Shown here piece after piece: positions 37,571-48,374 of a stretch of DNA of 64,000 nucleotides. The stretch covers positions 1 to 64,000 of the forward strand of contig JAHLWZ010000625.1 in NCBI GenBank assembly GCA_020536535.1. Direction: 5' to 3'. The position numbers and the translations under genes were made by a program. The stretch comes from Pelomyxa schiedti (lineage: Eukaryota; Protista; Evosea). Positions within the stretch are counted from its first letter, which is position 1; each line of letters opens with the position of its first letter. Under the pieces are notes generated by a model that worked only from the letters and a program-made list of their open reading frames with translations, was not told the DNA's origin and did not search any database.

Positions 37571-38354
37571 GCGAGAGACACTTGAGTGAGTGTGCTCGCC
37601 GTCGTAAGTTGTTTGGCACTTCGGTGAGTGCCTGTTGTGGTTTGTTGGTTGGTTAGAGCTGCCTACTTGGGTAGGTAGGTTTGTGCTCGTAGTTTTTAGT
37701 TGTAGTTGACACTGCAGTGAGTGTCGTTGGTTTTGTTTGCACAGAGCGACATGCAGTTGTGGGAAGAGAGCAAGAAGCCGAATGAAGAGGGCGTCTGTAG
37801 AAAGAGAGCACCGGTTACAGCCGAGAGCGAGTCAGTCGGTGCCGACAAGACCTCTCGATGGCAAGCAAAAAAACACATAACAATAGGGTTGAAAAAAAAA
37901 ACAAGGTTGTGTTTTGTTTTTTTTTTCTTGTTGGTTGGGGGGGGGCCTACTTGGGTAGGTAGGTTTGCCCCTCTTGTTTTTGACGCTTTGGTGAGCGCCG
38001 GTTTTTTGGTTTGGTAGGTTTTGCTCGTTTTCGACACCTCGGTGGGTGTGCTCGTAGTAGTAGTAAGTTGTTGGTCGAGCCGCCCACTTGGGTAGGTAGG
38101 TCTGTGCTCGCCAGTTGTTTGACGCTTTGGTGAGCGCCGGTTTGATTTGAGCCACCTACTGGGGTAGGCAGGCGGCTGCTCGTGGTTTTTCGAGCCGCTT
38201 ACGGGGGTAGGTAGGCGGCTGCTCTTGTTTTTGGTTCGAGCCGCCCACTTGGGTAGGTAGGTTGCTCCAACCAAAACGAGCCGCCTACTGGGGTAGGTAG
38301 GCGGCTGCTCGTGGTTTTTCGAGCCGCCTACGGGGGTAGGTAGGCGGCTGCTCG
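37571..38354. repeat. Array of palindromic hairpin repeats of two types (8 type A, 6 type B)
   Basis: Type A: CGAGCCGCCTAC-NNGGGTAG-GTAGGCGGCTGCTCG. Type B: GRCRCY-NNNGTG-RGYGYC. All in the same orientation, mostly with T-rich linkers. Confidence 0.92.
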
Positions 38355-39267
38355 GGGTTTGTTCAAACAAAACACGACAACAACAAAAAAAAAACCACGG
38401 GGAGGGGAAAAAGCCCAACACGAAATACCTTGCTTCAATACACACCCGACGCGGACGAACGACACATGTGTCTCCCACCAAACACCAACTCCAACGCCCC
38501 CCCGTCCCACACACGCCGCACCGGCTCTTGTTGCATATTGGTCGAGATCTTGATCTTGTCGGTTGTTGTGAGTGTTTGGTTTTTTTATAATATTATGACT
38601 TTTGATTTTTCTTGTGGCTTTTATACAGAAATATCAATTTGACACGTCGATATTTGCGTACAACTGCGATAGAACAAGTCGGAGTAGGGAATAGAAACTC
38701 TTTCTTAAAAAAATTTCCAGATCTGAATGAAAGGAGACGAAAGCCTTGGGCAGACACCGATGGTTCTCTGTTGTTTGGGAGCTCGAAAAAAAGGGTTCTT
38801 TGTGTTGTCCAAGGCAAGGCCTTCGGAATGGATACACTACAAGGGATGGGCGCAATCACATTGCAACCCCTTTCCGATTTATATTGGGATGTGGGATTTT
38901 GTGCCATCCTCGTTGCCCTCCAAAAACATCGACTCTTGAAAGAACATAAATTGAGTCCCTGTCATCGATGGGGAAAAAACAAGAACAACACACGACAAGT
39001 AGTCCTTACTTTGAAAATATGGCACTTGGCAGCCTTTCTCGAGGCGGCACATTTGTTCACACATGCACTCCCAAGTGACTTAACGATCTTAAAGACAACC
39101 AACAGCCGGCGCGAAACACCGGCACCAACAGATTCTGTTCGAGATCTTCAGAACATGTCAACGCGTCCAGCGCGGCCCACCGTAGGGCACGTCTTTTGCC
39201 TTTTATTAAATCAAGTACTCTTCGCAATTCCCGTAACTGAACCGGGAAAAGAAAAGGGCAGAGAGAG

Positions 39268-40289
39268 ATGCGATCGTCAGAGCCGGAGGCGCAGGAGACC
39301 TACATGGACAAGGAGTACTTGGTGTTGGTTGACGAAAATGATAGATCTACGGGTGGATCAGCTTCGAAGCGGGAATATATCCAACCTCTGAATCACTTCC
39401 GTCTATCACTGTTTTCCTTAACCCCAACGCACGCCACTTAGTGAAAACGAGCGGGGAAGTTGGCATATTGCACCGTGCTTTCAGCGTGTTCCTTTTTGAT
39501 TCTCGTATTTGTCATCCCGATCGTTTTTTGCAGGCTTTCTAAACTGTGTGCCAGAGAACCGACTGCTGGTGCAAAAGAGATCATCTGACAAAATTACTTT
39601 TCCGCATCTGTGGGCAAACACTTGTTGTTCTCATCCTCTCACCAATGCTCCAAATGAGACTGAGCCAATTTTGGGTTTGTTCGGCCACCTCAACCCCAAT
39701 TGCGCAAGTAGCAGGTGCCAATTTCACCAAAGGAGTCAAGCGAGCAGCCCAAAGAAAACTTGGCCATGAACTCGGAATCGCGGCCTCGCAGCTTCCTCTT
39801 GACATGTTCCAGGTGGCAACTAAAGTGCACTACTGGGCCAAGTGGAATGAAACATGGGGTGAGAACGAAGGTATGAAGAGTATAACTTACAATGGCTTAA
39901 CTGTTTCCTTTTTATTGGTCAAACAGTGGACACTATCCTCATTTGCCAAGGTAACCAGTTTCGCTCAACATTTCCGCTTATGTATCCATCTTATAGGGAA
40001 TGTGGATATGACGCTGAACCCCAGCGAAGTCTCCGATGTGCAATATGTTACCAGAGAGCAACTTTCCTCTCTTCGCGAATGCACCTGTGTGCCTTTTTCC
40101 TTAATACAAGTGGATTTCCTAACCAAATGAACAGGTTCAGGTTCTTCCTGTACTTGCCAAGGCCAGACCATTTCCTGCTTCTGTCAACTAACACCATGGT
40201 TCGCCCGTATCATTAAAGCCAACCTCCTCTTCAAATGGTGGGACTCACTACACTCCATCACATGTGACAACGAAATCCACAGATTGTAA
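39268..40289 (+). CDS. IDI1: Isopentenyl-diphosphate delta-isomerase (type 1, Nudix fold)
   Basis: LVDENDR...SKRE|CHL...[52 protein letters not shown]|VD, LNPSEV, LTPWF...KWWDSL. Confidence 0.97.
39377..39432 (+). other. U12-type (minor spliceosome) AT-AC intron
   Basis: 5' ATATCC, branch site TTTTCCTTAAC (39412-39422), 3' CAC. Removal gives the conserved K-R-E-C-H-L. Confidence 0.9.
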
Positions 40290-40354
40290 ACAAAACAGCT
40301 TGTACCCAAACTTTTTTTTTACAGAGGTTCTTGTTTTACAAACAAGTGGTACCC

Positions 40355-41174
40355 TCATACCAAAGCAAACACCATTTGGACGTTGACTTCAACACTGAGT
40401 GAGCCTGGAGCAATTGGAGGAGTTGTGATGGAATATGCCGAGCTGTAGTCATACTGCACCTTGGTTGTTGTAGTTGGAGGCTCACTTACAGCCAGGAGAT
40501 TGCCCAGTGTTTTTTTGCTAAGGGTTGCGAGGTTGGCTGCTTTCACTTGAGCATCGGCTACGGCAAGGGCCCTTGCTGCTATCAGAGCCTAGGAAAGAGT
40601 GTAAATTTGGATACCCAAGAAGTAGCAGTGTACCGGTGAGTAGTCTCTCGACTGGAACTGGACTCCTTGAATGCGATTGGCACCGGCAAGTAGCGCAGCT
40701 TGTAGAACTTGTGGAAGCAGGGGAATGGGAGAGGTGACGGTCAGCATGTTAGTCATTTGCCACTATAGAATGTAGGTTTCAGATTACAGAGGGTGGTATT
40801 CCGTACCTCGCTTATAACACCTTCCGAGTTTGTCATGGGATATAAGTTGATGAATGTAGTTTTGAGATCCGAGTTCGGGATGCCTGCATTAAGCACCGCT
40901 TGAATAACAGCCTATAATAATAGAAAAAAGTGGTTATATCGCCAAAAAGCCAAAAAGGGGGAAAAAAAAAGTAAGGATTGCACACCTGAGAAGTCTTCGA
41001 GTTTGTATCCACAACGTCGAAAACACTGGTCCCATTAGTGAAGACACCGATCTCAAAAACGGCAACGTCAACAGTACTGTTGGATATCCCAGTACCAATC
41101 ACCGTGAGTTGGCACCTAGCGAGTGACACAACCAAAGATACAGTAGCCAGAAACACAAGTAACGATGACGACAT
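40355..41174 (-). CDS. SIMPL/DUF541 (BP26-like) secreted protein
   Basis: Signal peptide, LTVIGTG...DVAVFEIGV, AGIPNSDLKT, AGANRIQGVQF, ARALAVADAQVKAANLA...LGNLLAVSE, PIAPGSLSVEVNVQMVF. Confidence 0.88.
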
Positions 41175-41508
41175 GGATTCCCTTCAGGTGTGTGCTGTTG
41201 TTGTTGTAGGTTGCGTGTTGTCTTGGACTCGTCTATTTACTGTGCGCCGAAGACGGTATAAAAGGACCGTGGCACCACGCACGCCATGGGAGCCAAAAAA
41301 TGAAATTATGGGATTCGTCATGGAGTGTGACTTGGCGTCGGGGACTGCACAGTGTTCGGTGTCGTCTTTGAGGTGATCCACTGAGCAACGAAAAAGTCGG
41401 TTCCCAAAAATGGGTGCTGTGTTGGTTGGAATTGAGCAAGTGATTTCTTTTTCCTGAAAGGTACTCCGAATAAAAGAAAACTTAAAAGAAAAAAAGCACA
41501 AACAAACG

Positions 41509-44500
41509 ATGGAAACCGCTGTTAGTGGCACCAACACGGCCGCCAGTTTGGAGACTACAACACACGTCGACGACCACCCTAACACAACGGCAAATGAGCC
41601 CGTAGTAAGTACAATTGGTACCACGCCGGGGATTGGTGCCACATCGGCCGAGCCGAACCACGCGTCTACACCAACGTTGCCCCAGCAACAACAACACGGC
41701 AGCCCCAGGCCTCAGTCTCCAAAGGCGCCGCAAAGCCCCAAGCCGCTGACGACGCCCAAGTTGGTCCAGAGCCCCGGCCGGCAGCCAGCGGCGGCCACCG
41801 GTGTCCAGCCGTCGAGCCCCAAGCCCCACTCCCAGACGCCCAACTTGGTCCACGCCAACAGCCCCAAGCCGCCACAGTCCCCGAAGCCCGCCACACCCAT
41901 AATCTCGTCGAGCCCCAAGCCCCACTCTCCAAGGATTACCGTCGCTCACACGCCAACCTTGGCCGTGGCACCTCCGGCGCCCCACGAGCCCGAGTCTACC
42001 CACGTCGTCATGCTCCCGGAACACGAGCACGACCACGACCACGATCACGTTTTGCACCATGACGTCACCATCACAGCAACTGCAGGCCCCGCCGCGCTCC
42101 ACGAGGAGCAGCAGCATCACCACGACGAACCCTCGTTCGACGTGCACGTGGACGTAGTGCCGATAACAGCAAACGAGCCGGAACCCCAGATTCCCGTCCA
42201 GGTTCAGATTCAGGTTCCGAGCTTGGATCCGAGTCAGAATCAAGACCAGAGCCTGCTGGGTGCCACCACAGTGGTGGACGTGCACGACGCCATACAGATC
42301 GCGAACGACGCGTCGCTGGCGGTCAGTGCGCTCGAGGCTGAGATCGCGGCGGAGCTCGGGACCAGCACCATTCAGATTGAGGCGCAGCCGCCGATTATGG
42401 GCATCAAGGCTGAACCCAAGGCCGAGGTTCAGATTCAAATCCGGACTGAGGAAAGTCATTCCAGGCCTCAGTCTCCGTCGCGGTCTCAGTCGCAGCCCAG
42501 GCCCAAGTCTAGGCCTCAGTCTCAGTCTCAATCCCACCGGCCTCAGTCACAGCCCCACACGCAATCCAATTTGGGATTGTTCGACCAAAGTGTCGAAATA
42601 ACCAAGGAACACGTGGAAACTCACATCGAAATCCACGGGGAAACCACCGCCGCCGCCGCGGTTGAGATTGTTGGACTCACCGAACTGAAGGATGAAATTC
42701 ACTTAGGGGATGACAAGGGCCCTAAGGTGGAAGCTGCAGTAGAGGGCGTCGATTACAATTATGGGGGGCTAGACGACCTGGACGAGGACGCTTTCGAGCC
42801 GACAAAATCTGCTGCCACTACTATAATTAATAAAACAGAGAAAGTTGATATAGAACTGACCAACACTGTTGAACTGAAAAGTGAAAACTTGAATGTAGAA
42901 CTACAAATTCCAACTCATTCAACACCAAAGCACTTGGATAAGTCCCCCTCAATCCCCAAGCTCAACGGGGATAAAATCCATTCTACACCCAAACTCACAA
43001 CAGACAAGTCCCATTCATCCCCAAAGCTCCCACAAGATGGGTCTCATTCAACACCAAAACTTCACTCAGGCAGGACAAACCAAATTCAAACAGATATCAA
43101 TCTCTCTGTAAATACAACCACCGTAACAATATCCACTCCTACGGAGGATAATCTTCCTCCTGAACCTGCAGTTATTCCTGCTAGTGAAATGGGAACCACC
43201 AACTTTATTTCCACTGAACCTGAAACTCAAATTGTTTCCACTGACCCTACAGTTCCTGCTTACACTGAAGGAACATGTGTCACCTACAACGATCCACTCA
43301 ATGAAACCAACTGTGCCAATGTTAATACAACAGAAAATCTGAACGTGTGTGGCATCAATCAAGGTGAGAACGCTCCAACAGGAACAGGTAACCTCCAAAA
43401 TATGTTCCCTCTCACTTATTAGTACAGCTGAAAATCAGGGCACGGACAATGGTCAAGATGCTGATACCCTTGAGCAAGCTATTATTCCAGCATCAGATCC
43501 TGACTTCGAACCAGTAGACGACGAACCGAAACAAATTCCTCAAGTTCGATTTCTCTTACGTGTGCTTAAGAATGACTATTATGTTGTAGCAGTCCAAAGT
43601 TCAAGAAAAACCAAAACCAAAACCAAAAGCCAAGGCGGCCGCACCCAAGTCCAAGACAACAGCATCGCCTGTAAGTGTAAGGATATTTACACTTAAAAAC
43701 TAATGGTTTTACAGCCAAGAAACCGTACCGATCAAGTTAGAAAAGAAAGCATTCGTATGCTACACCCAGAAGATCCTTTTAATTAACTTCATTGTCAGCT
43801 CAAATCACTATGCCGAAGCACGAGCCTTCCCGTGTTGTGATAAGACCAGGTCAACAAACATTACAAAGTTACGGCTCACATTTACAGATCCCATTATCAC
43901 ACCTGGAAGAAAGCTTACTGACGTAATTGTGGAAAGAGAAATTACTATAAGTAAGCTAAAAGAAGAGATCAAAACCTTGCAAAGGGTACACACCGCTACA
44001 AGAGACTGTTCTAATCTATCTTCAGATGCAAAAAATTCAAGAGAAGGCAATAAATGAGCTGGACAAAGATGTTGGGGGAAGACAAACTGAAAAGATCAAG
44101 TCTCTCACAGAAGAAAATCGTTGTCTTAGGTATCCAGTATATAGTAATTCCACAGTCTCTGATATCGAACAAGGTCTAAACTACAAGAAACTGCAGCTAA
44201 GCTTCTTCAAAGTGAATCTGTTGCAAAGGCTACTCACCTTAACATGATTTCTGCCAAGGTTAATTGGTCAACCTTTTCATGTGTAATTGATTGGTGTTAC
44301 AGGAAAAGTGCACAGAATTAACTCAACTCCTTGCGGGGAAGGGGAACACAAAAGAAAAGGAAGAAATGGAGTCCTTGAAATCCAAATTAGCTGTATACAT
44401 TTTCGATTTGGATAATGCAATTTTGTTAATACTTGAAGGATACGGAGCACAAACTCGATATAATGATAAGAGCAAAAGAACAACAAGATGCCATGATCAA

Positions 44501-45244
44501 GACACTCACCTCAACAAATAAAAAGCTGAAAGAGAAAATTGATGCCCTCACATCTCCCACTAATGTAACATCAGCCTAATTTGGTGAATGTAACCTCTTG
44601 TTAGGCACCACCTGCTCCAGCCAGACAGACTCACCCAACCTCAAAAAATCGTCAACCTCACACAAAACCAGCGCCCCACTTTGCTACAAATAAAAAAAAT
44701 ACCAAACCTGCTGATGGAATGCCATACCAATTCCCGCAACCTGAAGCACCCTTACATGCCGAAGCTCAGTCCGAACCTAAAGAAAAAGCCCACAGTTCTC
44801 AACCACACGAACCCCAAGACTTGCACGGTGAGAGCACAGGGTCTAATCAACCACAAGACACGCACGCTATAGATATCCCCAAAGAGAGTTCTCAGGTTCT
44901 GTCTTCTCACTTCTAATCCCCACTCACTCTCATTTTAATAGCCGGATGAAAAACCAGGGCATTCTCCCAAAGCCGATCCCAAGAACGGTTCCACCCAAGA
45001 GAGCAATCACAACAACAACAGCCCCCCAGACAACATTGAGCTGGAACTACCCAAAGAACCGCAACAACACTCCGAAAACCCCGCATCATCATCAACAGCC
45101 CCCACGACCACAACCACAGCAACAACAAATTCCACAACACCAGCAACAACATCCACACCACCCCAGCCCAAGAAGCTAGTACTTAGTTTCCCCAAAGTGC
45201 CAAATTCCAAGGCCAAGCCACCTGCCGTACGAGGAACTTCGTAG
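41509..45244 (+). CDS. Large low-complexity / coiled-coil hypothetical protein
   Basis: 637-aa first exon with SPK, HD and SQ repeats, followed by coiled-coil exons (KIKSLTEENRCLR|SKLQE...; EMESLKSKLA) and a Thr/Pro-rich last exon ending TAG at 45244. Confidence 0.7.
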
Positions 45245-45489
45245 AAGTCCACGAAGCAGTTCCCCTCCCTGTATGGAATCCATGTTTCTTACCTTTCTGT
45301 AAAAACCCACTTTCGCGCTTCGCAAAAACAAAAAAAAACTAGCCTTTTTAATTTAATTCCAGAAAATCTGCACACAACCAAAAAACAAAACCACCCGTTG
45401 CGAGCGGCCCGACCGTAGACGACGAAACAGAAATAGCGACGACGACTTGAACTTCGAGACGAAACCTTGGGGCGTGAGTGAGCGGAACA

Positions 45490-48019
45490 ATGCGGGGTGG
45501 TGGCAGGGCGCTCCTGCGGCGGTGGTTGTGGGCCGCCGCGGCACTTTGGCTCGTGGAGTGCGCGGGGGCCTGGCGGGGGCCCGCCTCGTATTTCCGCGGG
45601 GGGTCCGGGGGCAAGGGAGCGGGGGGCGGCGGGATGGCGAGGGGAGCGGGCGCCCAAGGGGGAGGAGCAGGGGGGGCGGGGCCCGCGGGCCTTGGCGGAG
45701 GAGGAGGGAGCGGCGGGGGGCTGCCGCTGTATGTGGGGTCGGGCCGCAGGCAGCACTTGAATAAGCAGGTGAAGGCTCCGAGGAGGGTAAAAGTGGCAAG
45801 GGATGTGAATGGGAGCTCGGCCTCGGACTCGGTGTCTGGTGGTGATGAGGAGGAGTATGTTGAATTCCAGTGTGTCAATTTTGACCTCGAGACTTTGGAG
45901 ACGAGGAATTGCTCGATTGTTGATGAAGGTCCTGTGCATGCTTGGGTTGGAGTGTATGTTTTTTTTTCTTTGCTTGAGTTTTGGGTTCAGGAAGGTAATT
46001 TTTTTATATTGTTGTGCAGGTATGTAACTGGAATATCTAATGTGGATCCCTTTTCCAATACATTTTGGGCCATGGGCTATACATGGCTCAAGTTCAAGAA
46101 CTGTGCAATGATTGACGGATACCCATATGCGTATGCCTCGTGATGACTTTATTGCTATTTAAATGTCTCCCAGTGGGAGTACTATCGAGTTTGAAAACAC
46201 CTTTGATTCTACAAATACGAAGCCTGAAATCAATGCCCCAGCACTTGTAGATTATTATGGTCCGTATTGTGACCAACCAGAAGCTGGGTGGATGTATTAT
46301 CAGTTCTTTTTTACAAACCAGGTTTGTTGAGCGCTGTTAGTTTGAGCGCTTTAAAGTGACTAATCTTCTGGACCAGTTTTCAATGTCATTCCAATTTTCA
46401 AAGTATCCTCTTGACACCCAGTATCTCATGATAATGTTTGAAGACATAAAATATGACGAAAGTATAATTTAGTCCATCGCTGTAAAAGCTTACCACTCCC
46501 AGGCTCAGTTATTCTTCACCCAGATAATACATCTGGCTTCCACTGGTTTGCATTCCCTGTTTGCATTTTTTCGTAATTAACCTGTTCAAGGACTGTGGAT
46601 ATTCCCGGATTCAAAGTTTTTTTTTTCTCAATTTTGCCCCTTTAATACTCCCTAGATTTCTCATCTTAGAAGCCGCAACTCCTCCAGCTACTACGCTACC
46701 ACCTTTGGATACCCTGGTAATGAAGGGGTGTCCTATTCACATGTGGAACTGGGTGTTGAAATCAAACGGAAATCAGTGTTTTTTATTGCCAAGGTTACAA
46801 TCCCTCCTCTTCCGCCCCGCCCCCCTTTATTATAACCGAATTTCTATCTAGATTCTTCCACCAATTATTATCACTGTAGGGGTGACAGTTGGTAGGAGAG
46901 AATTTATATTATTTTTGTAATGACTTTTTTGTAGTGGGTATTATGCTCGATCCTTTCAGACTTGATGCCCGACTTGCAATAGGAACTGGAGGTTTGCTGA
47001 GTTTGGTTTTCATTGCCATGGCAACCGGCGATAAAATGCCTGATATTGGACAAGTAAGTTTTGTTGTAAACGTTCAAGAAACTGTAAAGTATCAGTGCAT
47101 TGACTATGAAAAAGGTAACAGTGGCGGACTGGCTTTGTGACTGGTGCTTCTTTCTTTTACTTGTAATTTTTGCTGAAATGATTGTGGTTCATCGCTGGCT
47201 CAAGTCCCTGGAGCATCTTCTTATGAAGCACTCTATTAAGGACCATAAAAAGAAGAAACCAATACTTCCCATTGGTGACACCACCGAAGCACAAGAAAAT
47301 TTAATAATGGCACCCGTCGACCCTCCACCTGAATCTGAAGCGGAACCTGAACCACAACCTGAGATGGAAGATATGAAGGCAAAAGCTAACGAAGATAAAG
47401 AACCTGAGGGGACAGATGAGGAACCAAAAGAGCAAGAGACGCATAAGCATCATCATCAGCATAAGGATCAAGATAAGGATCAGGATCAGGATCAAGATCA
47501 AGATCAGGACCAGAATCAGAATCATAGTGATGGAGCTGAAAAGGCAGAACCTAGCCCAAGTGACGACGCTGATGATACCAGTGCTGTTGAAATGGAAAAG
47601 CCAGTGGACCACAAAATTGAGGATGTGAGTGCCAACAAGGAGGCCCATTCAAAAAAACATCAAAGTAAAAAATTCAAAGATATCTTTGGGAAAGAACCCG
47701 AAAATCACATGTCATTGCTTCTGAGACTACAAGCCAAAGCCAAGAAGAAGAAGGAAAAGCACCAAAAAAAGAAGGCGAAGAAAAACGTATGTACCCACTA
47801 CTCAGCTCAAAAACAAATATGTCTAACTAATTTTTTCCTCTCCAGCTCCTTCTAACCTACGATCTTGCCGTCGCCAAAGCTAAAAGAGTGGACAAAATGG
47901 TACCGGATACTGACAACCTTATTTTTCCATATCTCACGTATCAATAGGTACTCTGCTTGATAACCGGCCTTGGCACTATAGGCACCACTGCTGTTGTAAT
48001 TTTGGCTACCTACTTGTAG
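45490..48019 (+). CDS. Pentameric ligand-gated ion channel, Cys-less (Pro-loop) type, with a large M3-M4 loop
   Basis: Signal peptide, VGV|YVTGISNVD...FWAMGYTWL, FQFSKYPLDTQYLMIMFED, EIKRKSVFFIAK|ILPPII (M1), DARLAIGTGGLLSLV (M2), MPDIGQ|VTVAD (M3), KRVDKM|VLCL (M4). Confidence 0.88.
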
Positions 48020-48374
48020 GAACATCTGACTTCAATAGTTCCACAACATCACGTTTGTGGCTGTTTTTTTTCGTTGTTTATATTGATATATACGAAATTT
48101 CTTACTTAGTGAACGGGAATCCATTTCTATTAATCTGTCGTTTTATGGAAAATACTCGGTACAGCCCACAATCCAAAATCAGATCTTAGCTCTTCTGTTA
48201 AAGCACATCTGGCAGAAGAAGTGCTCTTCCAAGAATTTTGATTTTCGAACATCAAAAAAGGGGGAAGAAAAGGGACACATCGAGACCAAAAAAACACCAA
48301 GAACAAATTTACAGAATAAATAATCACTTAACAAAAACAAAGTTGCACCTTGTGCAAGTAACAGGGCCGGCCAC

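Noticed and set aside
37708-37725. Iron-responsive element (CAGTGA)
   Set aside because: The stem register does not place CAGUGN as the apical loop with a bulged C. It is one variant of the type-B hairpin.
37808-37842. tracrRNA/omegaRNA-like GCACCG...AGTCGGTGC hairpin
   Set aside because: The match is short and there is no Cas9, TnpB or Fanzor ORF nearby.
38149-38354. CRISPR array (palindromic repeats of about 34 nt)
   Set aside because: The linkers are only about 8-12 nt, low-complexity and partly identical, there are no cas genes, and the context is eukaryotic.
37696-39391. ORFs 37696-38514 (-) and 38612-39391 (+) as genes
   Set aside because: The first is a translation of the hairpin repeats. 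The second has no recognisable motif and overlaps the IDI start out of frame.
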